DNA from: Wallemia ichthyophaga EXF-994
Lineage: Eukaryota > Fungi > Basidiomycota
Direction of reading: 5' to 3'
DNA: 32,000 nucleotides
NCBI RefSeq assembly: GCF_000400465.1
Contig: NW_008806286.1
Coordinates: 53,865 to 85,864, forward strand
Each line of letters starts with the position of its first letter. Position 1 is the first letter of the stretch. This document shows, one piece after another, positions 11,680 to 21,532 of this stretch. The notes beneath the pieces are model-generated. The model worked only from the letters and a program-made list of their open reading frames with translations. It was not told the origin of the DNA and ran no database searches. The position numbers and the translations under genes are program-made.

Positions 11680-13965
11680 TCACATCTTCTTACGCTGCTT
11701 CTCTTTGTGTTTGTGTAGCGTCTTTTGCTTATCAATAAGCTTGGATTGTGACTTGCTCTTGACACGCTTAGAGTGTATAGCCATCATCATTGGCTTGTTA
11801 CGCTTCTTCTCTTCGTTCGTCTTGCTTGCTACCTTATCCGACTTGTGTTTACCCTTACGTGAAGCAAACTTATCACGACCTTCACGACCTTCGGCAATAC
11901 TAGCCATACGCGCCTCATAATCATTCTTAGCGCGTTTGCGTGGTCCAACAATCTCAGCTTCTGTGACAAATTGTCCTTGATCATCACCATCTGCACCGCT
12001 ACCAGTGGCTTTACGCTTTTCTTTAAGATGCGCAAGTTTGCGCTTTGCAGCATTTCCACCGCCTTGGTCTATTTCCTCTTGTACCGCCTTCATTTTGAGG
12101 TCGTTGAGGAGGGCAAAGTCTGCTGGTGTGAGGATACGTTCGGTAGCTAAAGTGGACATTTGGGCAATTTGATCATTTGTAGAGATGTCTTTGGTATCTT
12201 CTTCCTTTTTCTCTTTCTTCTCTTTCTCCTTCTCTTCATCGCTGTCAGAAAGATCGATATCGGCGTCGTCGTCAGACACATTAACCCAACCTTCCTCTTC
12301 ACTCGAGGCATCATCTGACTCGGCATCCCAGTCATCCCAAGCTTTCTCATCGTCGACGTCTTCATCGTCGTTTTCCTTTTGATCGAGGTGCTTCTCGAGT
12401 AAGTCTAGACCTTCAATACCACTAGCAACCTCATTACTCTCACCAAACTTGAGAGCTTGTTTTCCAGTAGACATACCCATCGCAGCCAATTTACCTCTCT
12501 CTTTACGTTTGAGGATTGAAGGGTTGACTTCTCTGAAGAGTTGTAGTAAACCTCTACTAGCAGTGATTACACCTTTATCAGCAGATTTCCTATACTCTAT
12601 CAAATCTTCAAGTAAATCCGATTCCATAGCCCATGGCTGCCTGCGTGAAATTTCTGTGATAGAGTTGAGACCAGCAGCTACAACTTCAGAACCAACGCCA
12701 GGAGTGACGAACTCGTGAGCGATCTTACGAATAACGGGAGTGAGTACGTCTGGTGGGGTTAGTTCGTGTACAGATTGAGCTAAAGCGACGAGAATGAGAG
12801 TAATGCGGAGTTGATGGTGAGTGAGGTATTTGATGATGTATGAGTAGAAGCTGAGAACGCATAGTTTGTGAGCACCCATGACTCTAGTGAGGAGTTGCAT
12901 GACTAAAACGCGATGATCAAGGGAGTGAACTTTATCAGTTTTAGTGAGGCTTAAGAATAGCTTTTCAGCAAAACCTTGTGGGTCATTGAGGAGTTGTAAG
13001 GCAGGAAAGTTTGGAGTGGAAGAGTTTTGTTTGTTCGCGTTAGCTTTCTTAGCGGCTTTCTTTTGTTTTGACATTTTCTTGTCAGTGGATTTACGAGATT
13101 TATTAATGAGAGCTTGATGCTGAACCTTTTTAATGTCGATTTCATCACCCTCTTCGTCGCTCTCCTCAACAACATCATCAGAACCCAAGAAAAAGTGAGT
13201 TGCAGCGTTTTGAACTTTTGCAGTAGGATGGAAGCAAGCTAAAGCGACGATGGAGACGGATTTAGAGTCATTCCAAACGCCTTTTCTCCATAGTTCCCTG
13301 GTTAACATAACAGCCCACATAGCTTCAGAGTTTGAGTTAATTTGGTTGTTTTTAGATTTCTTGTTGGAGGTAATTTCAGCGTCCATACCAGTTTGAACCA
13401 TTGCAAAGAGTAAACCCTGAATAACTCTGTTCAGCTTATGATTTTTTGATTGTTGATTAGCCAATTTCATATCATTCAAGATGACATGTTTTATATAGGA
13501 TTTTATAGAGGAGGAAGTAGTTATAGGGAGAAGTTGAAAGAGAACCTTCAATAGGTCAATAGAATCGATAAATTTGCGATTTCTAAGGAGAACTAAGGAT
13601 TGGATTAAAGTTTTCTTAGTGTCTGGGGAAAGGTGGGAGTTGAATTGGATAAGGAGATCAGATAGGTCGTTGGGGAGTTGAGATGTTATTGAGGGATAAC
13701 AAGGGGCGACCTGGGATGTGTATTGTGAGATAAGCGTATAACGCACAACAACCTAACAAACCTGGCTAATGAAACCAACCAAGTTATTAAACTCATTCAA
13801 GTTATATCCAGGCTGTAATTTGAATATATTGATAATAGATTTATAATGATTGTATTGCTGTATAAACTCATCCTTATATCCATCGGGGTCTCTCTTCACA
13901 AGTCCTTGTAGCTGTGGTAGATTATCTAACAACAATGCACCCCTATTAGATTTAGATTTAGTCAT
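11680..13965 (-). CDS. SDA1: Sda1, 60S ribosome biogenesis protein; intron 13711-13761
   Basis: N-terminus LLLDNLPQLQGLVKRDPDGYKDEFIQQYNHY spliced ISQ|VAPCYP. Also ELWRKGVWND, acidic tract, ATERILTPADFA and SKTNEEKKRNKPMMM. Confidence 0.93.
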
Positions 13966-13989
13966 GGCTGTTACCTGTCAACCTCCATC

Positions 13990-14913
13990 ATGCCACTCAA
14001 TAAGGGCTTAAGCTTCAGTAGAAATTTACCGAACCAGCCACCAAAAATAAAAAGAGACAGAATACTCAACGATAATTCGGATGCATTCAAATTTAACGCC
14101 TGGGATAACGTTCCTAGGCCTGAAAATGAATTTGATATTGTTAAACCACATATAGATTTTCATCAGTTGCATAGAGCTGATGAGGAGAAGGTGGATAAAC
14201 TAAATGATAACCCTTCTTCTTACTGGAATGACTTCTATAAAACACACCAATCTTCTTTCTTCAAGGATAGGCAGTGGCTGGGTTTGGAATTCCCTGATCT
14301 ACTCAATCTAGTTGCTAACCAACAACCCTCTACACTCCTTGAATTAGGTTGTGGCGTTGGTAATTCCCTCTTCCCCATCTTAGATTCGAATCAAAACTCA
14401 AATTTACACCTTCACGGATGTGATTACTCGAATGAGGCTATAGATATTGTCAAACAACACCCAACCTACCTAAACCCTCCTAATGGCTCTATAAATGCAT
14501 CTGTATGGGATTTATCCAACTCTTCCCCTTCAGAACTCCCACTCCCACCAAATTCAGCAAACTACATACTAATGATATTCGTTTTATCCGCACTTCACCC
14601 AGATCAATTCGATACTGCTCTCAACAACATCCACACTATGCTTAAACCAGGCGGTAAAGTTCTCTTTAGAGATTATGGTAGGTATGACCTCGCTCAGATT
14701 AGAATGAAAAAGCAGAGACTACTTCAAGATCATTTTTACTGTAGAGGCGATGGTACGAGGGTTTATTTCTTTGAACTTGATGAGCTGGATCAGTTGTTCA
14801 AGAAGCATGGCTTTGATGTTCAACACTCTGACACTGATAGACGTCTAATTATCAACCGCAAAGAGGAGAAAAAGATGTATCGCGTTTGGCAGCAAGCTAC
14901 GTATACAAAGTGA
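13990..14913 (+). CDS. TRM140: tRNA m3C32 methyltransferase (Trm140/METTL2-like)
   Basis: FNAWDNV, FFKDRQWL, ELGCGVGNS (SAM motif I), MIFVLSALHP, FRDYGRYDLAQIR and RGDGTRVYFF. Intronless. Confidence 0.88.
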   Translation: MPLNKGLSFSRNLPNQPPKIKRDRILNDNSDAFKFNAWDNVPRPENEFDIVKPHIDFHQLHRADEEKVDKLNDNPSSYWNDFYKTHQSSFFKDRQWLGLEFPDLLNLVANQQPSTLLELGCGVGNSLFPILDSNQNSNLHLHGCDYSNEAIDIVKQHPTYLNPPNGSINASVWDLSNSSPSELPLPPNSANYILMIFVLSALHPDQFDTALNNIHTMLKPGGKVLFRDYGRYDLAQIRMKKQRLLQDHFYCRGDGTRVYFFELDELDQLFKKHGFDVQHSDTDRRLIINRKEEKKMYRVWQQATYTK

Positions 14914-15021
14914 TTTACGTATTGTATTATAACTAGTACCTTTTAAGCATTTCATTGAAATGAAAAAAAAAAACAATTACCTGAAATGAGAAATACAATT
15001 AACTTCAATTTAAAAGCTCGC

Positions 15022-15768
15022 TTAGTTGACGTAAGACAGCGCAAACAAACCAGCAACAACAACAGCAGCTCTGATAACACCACTCTTCTCATCCTTACTG
15101 AGTGGACGAGTGATAGTCTGGTACTGGACAGGCTCTATTTCGGGAAAGTATTTCCTATAATGATTGAGATAAGACATAATTCGTGATGGCTTATTCTCAA
15201 CACTCTCTCCCAATTCCTCCTCAAGGGTATAGAGATTGTGACTGACATTACTAATACCAGATGCTGTACTGAGTTTTGGTACATCATTCTTCACGTTACT
15301 ATCGATAGTATCCGCCGTAGCCGACCAATTACACGCCAAAACTGGAATTTTGATATTTTTTGGTGAGGGGTTTCTAGTAGGTTGAGGAATATTGAGAGTG
15401 AATGCCCCAAGATCTACAAGCTTACTGGAGGTGTTATCGGCAGGTGTTAAAGGCTGACCTGGAGCTGATGCGGAAGTGTGTGGAGTAGACGACGTTACCG
15501 GAATTTGGGGACCAGCGTTGAGGTTAGTGCCTTGTCCACTAGAAACCTTATTCACTGGCTCGGTTGAGTATGTAGATACTTGTGTATCATTGGCGCTTAG
15601 TCTGTGTACAAGCGCCGACTTGCTGCCCGTGGAAGGCAATTTACGCTTCTTCAATTCAATTTGAAGACCTTTAACAGTCATGCTTTGATACCTTTCAGTT
15701 GTGAATAGGACACTAGAGACGAATGATCTTGTGTGGATTGGTTTGGCTGATTTGGCGTATAACATCAT
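15022..15768 (-). CDS. SAP-domain protein, probably mitochondrial, with C-terminal hydrophobic anchor (Aim34-like architecture)
   Basis: Presequence-like MMLYAKSAKPIHTRSF, SAP motif MTVKGLQIELKKRKLPSTGSKSALVHRL and C-terminal AAVVVAGLFAL. Confidence 0.65.
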   Translation of the reverse strand: MMLYAKSAKPIHTRSFVSSVLFTTERYQSMTVKGLQIELKKRKLPSTGSKSALVHRLSANDTQVSTYSTEPVNKVSSGQGTNLNAGPQIPVTSSTPHTSASAPGQPLTPADNTSSKLVDLGAFTLNIPQPTRNPSPKNIKIPVLACNWSATADTIDSNVKNDVPKLSTASGISNVSHNLYTLEEELGESVENKPSRIMSYLNHYRKYFPEIEPVQYQTITRPLSKDEKSGVIRAAVVVAGLFALSYVN

Positions 15769-15875
15769 CGTGGTGGTTACAAAGAGGAAAAGAAGCATCG
15801 TGAATAAATCATTACAAGAAGTTGTTTGTCATGTGCCTAGTGTGTTCATTGTGCTCATTGTGCTCAATACTCCTT

Positions 15876-16832
15876 TTAACCCGATTGAATACCTTCGTCA
15901 GTAGCAATTGGCTGGTAAGATATTCCAATTGGGTCGACCCAGCTATCAGGCAAAACACCAGCAGCATACTCGTCGATAATTGAAGAGTGTGATATGATAA
16001 GCCACAGTGAGAAAGCAGCTTTCGCACCCAAGTCAATGATAGCGTATAGGACCAATTCAAAGTCGAACGTAATGATTTTAGCTTTAGTGCCCAGACCAAA
16101 GACAATTGCGTAAACTGCCCACGAAAAGAGGATAAGGGTGGTTAGAGGACCGTACAAGACGCGTACGTCATCTGAGTGAATGCGAGACACTTCGAACCCG
16201 CGTACACCAAGTACGTAGACCAAAGCGAGGTAGAAAACGATTGAAGCAATCAAGAAGAACCAAACACCAACTGCAGAGTGCTGGAAACCTGAAAGTAGCC
16301 CTGTACCAACAAAGCCAACACTTGCGAACATACCGAGAACGATATCAAGCCAAGGCAAACCAGTGAGTAGGCCGAGAGTGAAAGTAGTTACAGGGACAGT
16401 AACAAACCACTCAACGAATCTACCCAAGTATATTGCTCTCAGTGGGGGATGCTGCGGTGGAGCCAGGTGGCGGTGTGATTCAGGCACGTAAATGGCACCG
16501 AAGTTTGTGGATAGAGTGAGATATGAGAGGGTAGTTATAGTGAGTATAACACCAGCTAAAGCGTGAAATGTTCTACGACGCTTGTTGAGACGTGTTGCGT
16601 GTACTGCCGTGACCAAAGTAGACAGAGCAAAAACGGCAAATGCGATCCATAGGATAATCCTGCCGAGGTGGGAAGGTGCTTCAAACACAGGAACTGGTTT
16701 TGGTAGACCAATGGGATTTTTGAGATTGTCGTGAGGAGGAGCAATTGGAGGCAACTGAATTGGCTGTGAGTGATTTACAATAATAATATTCATACTAACA
16801 CTCACACTATAATCATTCATCGTCATCGTCAT
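15876..16832 (-). CDS. Microbial (type I) rhodopsin / fungal opsin, 7TM, retaining the retinal-binding Lys; start may be 16793
   Basis: Seven hydrophobic helices. Helix C is YLGRFVEWFVTVP (bacteriorhodopsin RYADWLFTTP), helix F is SWAVYAIVF and helix G is ELVLYAIIDLGAKAAF (BR DVSAK). Confidence 0.88.
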   Translation of the reverse strand: MTMTMNDYSVSVSMNIIIVNHSQPIQLPPIAPPHDNLKNPIGLPKPVPVFEAPSHLGRIILWIAFAVFALSTLVTAVHATRLNKRRRTFHALAGVILTITTLSYLTLSTNFGAIYVPESHRHLAPPQHPPLRAIYLGRFVEWFVTVPVTTFTLGLLTGLPWLDIVLGMFASVGFVGTGLLSGFQHSAVGVWFFLIASIVFYLALVYVLGVRGFEVSRIHSDDVRVLYGPLTTLILFSWAVYAIVFGLGTKAKIITFDFELVLYAIIDLGAKAAFSLWLIISHSSIIDEYAAGVLPDSWVDPIGISYQPIATDEGIQSG

Positions 16833-16887
16833 CGTCGTTGTCGTCGGCGACCCACAAGAAATGTCAACTCACACGCACACCATCATT

Positions 16888-16894
16888 ACGTCAC
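16888..16894. promoter_or_regulatory. CRE-like element (TTACGTCAC / GTGACGTAA) in opsin-RAD14 divergent promoter
   Basis: Matches the ATF/CREB bZIP core TGACGT. Function is inferred only. Confidence 0.3.
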
Positions 16895-16910
16895 TTGATA
16901 AAGAAATTTA

Positions 16911-16940
16911 ATTTTATATTATTTTATATTATTTTATATC
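16911..16940. repeat. AT-rich 10-bp tandem repeat (ATTTTATATT)x3
   Basis: Three copies (last one imperfect) immediately upstream of the RAD14 ATG. Confidence 0.9.
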
Positions 16941-16944
16941 TCAA

Positions 16945-17862
16945 ATGGCAGAAGCTGAGCGTAATAAGAAAATTCAACTAAACAGGCTCAAGGCCAAGCA
17001 AGCGTTGAAAGAACGCGACAGATCGACCAACAAGTCACGCGAGCTGAATGGCAACAACAAGCGCAATTTGAAGCAGGTTGAAGGGCATGACGATAGTGTG
17101 GCAAGCAAGTCGAGGCGAAATGCAGCCACCGAAGACTCAAACGACTCCACCTCTCCACTACGCAGAGACCCACGACTTGGCCAATACTACGAGTACGATC
17201 TATCCAAGATGCGTAACTCCAAAGGTGGTTTCCTCATCGAAGACGATCACGGTTTGGGCGAGAAGACGGAGAATGAAATGCGTAAAGAGAAGCAGCGTGA
17301 ACTTGAACGCACTCTAGCTGCATCCTATGAGCCTGGCTTGAAAATAGACCTGAACGCGAACCCTAAATGCAAATTATGCGACAGTATCGAGATTGATCGA
17401 CAAATTTTCACCTCATTTGGCATCAGTGTTTGTCATAAATGCAAGCAATCCCATCCAGATAAGTTCAGTTTACTAACAAAGACGGAGTGTAAGGAAGATT
17501 ACCTCCTCACCGATTCTGAACTACGGGACGCGGATGTCATGCCTCATCTCCTCAAACGCAATCCACACCGCGCGTCGTGGAACAACATGATGCTCTTTCT
17601 ACGTGAGCAGGTCGAAGAGTTCGCTTACGCCAAATGGAATGGTCCAAAAGGTCTTGATGAGGAGTGGGAGAGACGCGAACAACTCAAACACAACAAAAAA
17701 GGAAAGAAGTTTCAGGATTCTCTCAACGATCTCAGGCGAAGGACAAAGAACAACGTCTGGCAGCAGCGACAAGATGCTCAGCATGTGCATGACTGGTCCA
17801 CCCAAACTGATAAGCAGGTTTGTTCTGTGTGTGGTCTGCAAGTTGATACAGAGAGTTTCTAA
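16945..17862 (+). CDS. RAD14: Nucleotide excision repair protein Rad14/XPA
   Basis: YYEYDLSKMRNSKGGFL, zinc finger CKLC...CHKC, LLTKTECKEDYLLTDSEL, NPHRASWNNMMLFLREQVEEFA and C-terminal CSVCG. Confidence 0.95.
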   Translation: MAEAERNKKIQLNRLKAKQALKERDRSTNKSRELNGNNKRNLKQVEGHDDSVASKSRRNAATEDSNDSTSPLRRDPRLGQYYEYDLSKMRNSKGGFLIEDDHGLGEKTENEMRKEKQRELERTLAASYEPGLKIDLNANPKCKLCDSIEIDRQIFTSFGISVCHKCKQSHPDKFSLLTKTECKEDYLLTDSELRDADVMPHLLKRNPHRASWNNMMLFLREQVEEFAYAKWNGPKGLDEEWERREQLKHNKKGKKFQDSLNDLRRRTKNNVWQQRQDAQHVHDWSTQTDKQVCSVCGLQVDTESF

Positions 17863-17975
17863 TGTAACATGTGCATTCATATACAGCCCCCCTCATGTCA
17901 TCTACTCTTCATCAAACTCTGCAAACCGGGTATATTTGATTGCGGTGTTGGTAGAACACTCCCGCTACTAATGCT

Positions 17976-19622
17976 TTACTGTGACTTTGTGTCATTGAAA
18001 ATATTCGCAACTCCTCGCTCAGACGACGGGCTGTCATCATGAAGAAATTCGAGAGGAAGTGACTGAGCTGTTCGGTTTCGTTTGGGTGTTTCCATGTCTA
18101 AAGATTCAATGTCATCGTAGTCATCCTCTTCTTGGCAATCGCTGTCCACGTCCAAAGACACATTCGGTCTATCAGTCGAGTCCATATCTAAGCCACCCCA
18201 CAATCGTTTCTGAGGATCGTCTGCCACCTCCTCACCCAACTCATCATTCTGTGACTGAGTGATCCAGCCAGATATCAGACTCTGTCTCTTGGTATCTTTT
18301 TGCTTCTCCTTCTCCTTATTTCTCTTACCCCGCCCCAAACCTTTATTTTGGGTAATAGGTCGTGTCCCCTCCCACGCTCTCTCCAGCTCAGGAAACCCAA
18401 TTGCACCAGTTGGTATAGAGGTTTCAGTGGGCATGTGTGTGTGCGAGTCTTTAGGCGGCGTATGGACTTTTAGCTTGGACTGTCGTAGTTCCTTTGATGG
18501 CGATCGCGGTGATGGAGTGTTCGCAACTAAAACGCTACTTCTGTTGGATAGACCACGCGTACTCTTCTGAGGAGTGCGTTCAGTCAATATCTGTGTGAAT
18601 GTTCTGTATCCATTATTGCCATTCTGCGTAAAGAGCCATTCATCCTCGCGCTGATCCTGATCCGCCTCCAAGTCCTCGATCGTCGTTGATCTCATTGGGG
18701 GTGAAAAGAGTGAAGAGTGATTGTCCATATCTTGAGTGTACTTTCTTCTCTTGTTGTCAGTGTTGTTGGTGGTGTTGTTGCTGAGATTACGATTACGATT
18801 ACGATTACGACTGCCATTGCTATCCCTCTTAAGCGACGGGATGGTAACTTGATTGAGCCGTTTGCTAAAGGTAGCGAGGGCAGCTAGGTGAGATTGGAGA
18901 GAGTCAGTGGGGTGTTCTTCACTTGCATTTCCATTTCCACCCTCGCCATCGTCATCGGCCAACATCGCCTTGCGCATCTCAAGCTCAACGCGCCGCTCGC
19001 GCAGTGTCGTCAGACGGTCCTTAGCCCGCTTCTCCTCATCGACGGGCGACAGACCTGCGGCGTGGCGCATCCTAGCCAGCTGCGAGAGTGCCCCGCCGCT
19101 CGTCAGCTCCTTAGCCAGCGACGAGGGTGATGATGGTGCGTCGAATACGTGCGTGTGCTGTTGTTGGCTGGGTGAAGGTGGTTTGGAGTGGGAGTGGGAG
19201 TGTTCGAGCTCCTTCTCCTTCTCCTTCTCCTCCGCATACGCCTCTTTCCTCCTGTAGTACTCTTCTGGATTCCAGAATATCTTGCTTTGGGGTCTGACGC
19301 TATTCTTGGCATTCTTGCCGTTCTTGCCGTTCTTGCCGTTCTTGCCGTTCTTGCCGTTCTTGCCACTGCCCTTTCTCTCACCACCCATATCGGCAGCGCT
19401 AGATAGCAGTTTGTCCTTGGTGTTGCTCATCGCGCGCGAGAATAGCTCACGGTCTACCGTCCACTTGCTGCTTTTAATCCTCGCATCGAGCTGCGCCGGT
19501 GAAGTGCGTTGTCGACGCACAACACCCCCACTTGGCCTCGTCGATGGCTCCCCAGCCTTTATCCATCCTGTAGACGCTGGTGGTGTATATTTACGCGTGT
19601 GGCTATCGCTGTGGCTGCTCAT
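17976..19622 (-). CDS. Hypothetical 548-aa low-complexity/disordered protein, S/TQ- and S/TP-rich
   Basis: Long stop-free ORF fills the gap between RAD14 and the hexokinase gene. It carries coding microsatellites in frame. No recognisable domain. Confidence 0.7.
   Translation of the reverse strand: MSSHSDSHTRKYTPPASTGWIKAGEPSTRPSGGVVRRQRTSPAQLDARIKSSKWTVDRELFSRAMSNTKDKLLSSAADMGGERKGSGKNGKNGKNGKNGKNGKNAKNSVRPQSKIFWNPEEYYRRKEAYAEEKEKEKELEHSHSHSKPPSPSQQQHTHVFDAPSSPSSLAKELTSGGALSQLARMRHAAGLSPVDEEKRAKDRLTTLRERRVELEMRKAMLADDDGEGGNGNASEEHPTDSLQSHLAALATFSKRLNQVTIPSLKRDSNGSRNRNRNRNLSNNTTNNTDNKRRKYTQDMDNHSSLFSPPMRSTTIEDLEADQDQREDEWLFTQNGNNGYRTFTQILTERTPQKSTRGLSNRSSVLVANTPSPRSPSKELRQSKLKVHTPPKDSHTHMPTETSIPTGAIGFPELERAWEGTRPITQNKGLGRGKRNKEKEKQKDTKRQSLISGWITQSQNDELGEEVADDPQKRLWGGLDMDSTDRPNVSLDVDSDCQEEDDYDDIESLDMETPKRNRTAQSLPLEFLHDDSPSSERGVANIFNDTKSQ
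18785..18808. repeat. (GATTAC)x4 coding microsatellite (Arg-Asn repeat on - strand)
   Basis: Seen directly; encodes RNRNRNRN. Confidence 0.9.
19303..19365. repeat. 9-bp tandem repeat (TTCTTGCCG), 6 copies plus one degenerate; encodes (GKN)6-AKN
   Basis: Five perfect units 19312-19356, one near-perfect unit 19357-19365 and a degenerate unit 19303-19311. Confidence 0.95.
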
Positions 19623-19772
19623 CTATCCTCTATTCGATGACATAAGTTATCGCTCGTGGACGCCTGAGAACAAGAGTGTTTTGATAAGAAATAGTGAAAA
19701 ATTAAAGATTAAAAGAATCAACATCTATGCATATCCGAGGCGCGCACGATACAAAAGTCTATTCCTTCGCGT

Positions 19773-21491
19773 CTATTTCTTCGCAACTCCCTGCTTAATA
19801 GCTTGCAAGGCGCATAGAGCAGCTTTGTGAGCGTTTGTGTTAGCCAGAGCACATACACTGCTCTCCTACTCACCTCCCACTCCACTTCCATCCTTAGCCA
19901 GTCCAATTTTGATACGTTTTTCAGCCTGGTTGCCGAGAATGACGTTGAGAGCATCCCGGATAGATTGTTCGAATCTCGGGAAGAACTCGATGACACTGTT
20001 TTGGTGGTGTTAGAGCATCCGATAAGCACCTCATCTACCCACGATCCATCCAGCCCAATGTTGATATCTCCCGCGGCGTTCTCACTCGCCTCTGACTCGA
20101 TCACGGCTGCGAGAGCACACGCACTGAATCTGGCAGCGCGCAACCCGATCAGTTGCGAAGCATCTCTGAAAAGCTGCGCATCCAGCTCGCGAACATTTTC
20201 TGCAGATACGCCTAATGCACCCAGCACCTGCTTCGTATGTGTGGTCTCACCGTCTGAGTCTCTGAGAGAATCAGACATGAGAGCCGTGTCTAGCCCGTAC
20301 TGCGTGTTAAAAGCCTCCGGAAGCGTGCTCGTGTTGCTGAGAAACTCTTGCTTGGCGTGCAGATCCACCAGCAGCCTCCGCAATATCTCACCTAGGTACA
20401 TACCCGAGATAAGTTTTTCGAAAGACTGTCTGCGTCTACGGTGGTGGTTGGTTAGACACACTCTCAACGAAACCCAATGTCTGCTCACGGATTGATCGAC
20501 GCAGAGTCGACAATATCATCCCATTCAGTTATCGGCAACACACTTCTGGCGTTGTCAACGTTGCCCCATCTACACACATGTTAGCGGGTGGGCGTGTGTG
20601 TAAATTAGGTATGTACTCGGTGTTGACGACCATTTTAGAACCAGCTTTGGGGTTTTTGGCTTCGTCGTCAAGCTTCTTGATCTCGGTAAGATCTTCCAAG
20701 TACGCACCGTTAGTGCCAGTGCCTGAGGTGTGTTAGATTGTGGATACTGCGCGTCGTAGTTTCGACACATACCAAAGATAGCACCGATCTTCGCACCGCC
20801 AGATTGATACGAGTGAGCGAGCAAAGTGCCGACAGTCTAGTGAGGTTTGGTAAGTGTTGAGCCTTTAAAACATCTAAACACGGTCAGCTCACATCATTGA
20901 CCAACGCAACGACATCGACAGGAATGTTTTGCTTATTGAGACAATCCTGTAGCGTCTCAACGACATCCTTCCCAACGGCATTCTTGGCATTGAAGCCCTT
21001 GGTGAAGCCGATCAATTTGCCTGAGTTGATAGCAGACTGATCGACGGGGAAGCTGGGGGAGGATCAGATATCGATATGATGTAATCAGCGTGAAAAACAC
21101 ACGAGAAGGTGAAACCGAGTGGGATTCTCTGACCTTGCTTGGATTGAGACTTTGTGGATATAAAGTGACCAATAGATTTGGCCATGTACGAGAATAACTC
21201 AGTGAACTCGCCTGTCTTGAGATCCTCAGTGATTTTATACTTCTCCTGAGAAATGGAGAAGTTCCTGTCACCAGAAAGATTAACTTCACAGACACGCATA
21301 TTTGTGCCGCCCAGGTCCAGGCTTAAATAGGTGCCGCATTCAGTTCCATCCGGCAAGCCATAGACGAACGTGGGGATCATCGATACGTCTGTGCCGTGGT
21401 AATTAAGGCCGTGAGAGAACTCAGCTTGAATTTCATTTTTGATTTTAAACAGGGCGTTGTCGTCGACGATTAATTTTTCAGAGAAGTTCAT
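19773..21491 (-). CDS. Hexokinase family, glucokinase (Glk1)-like; 8 exons / 7 introns
   Basis: Spliced motifs LSLDLGGTNMRV, LGFTFS|FPV, TKGF, LVND|TVGTL, GAIFG|TGTNGAY, VNTE|WG, FEKLISGMYLGE, GLDGS|VIE and KDGSGVG|AALCALQAIKQGVAKK*. NTEWG suggests the Glk1-type clade. Confidence 0.92.
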
Positions 21492-21532
21492 GGCTGTGGG
21501 GGACAGACAACTACCCAACACCAACCAGCCAA

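Noticed and set aside
15000-17900. Carotenoid/retinal biosynthesis cluster around the opsin (as with Fusarium carO)
   Set aside because: No carRA, carB or carX-like gene is present in the window.
19103-19830. Repeat ORFs (FLP)n, (VLA)n and (ART)n
   Set aside because: These are other-frame or antisense readings of the 9-bp GKN repeat.
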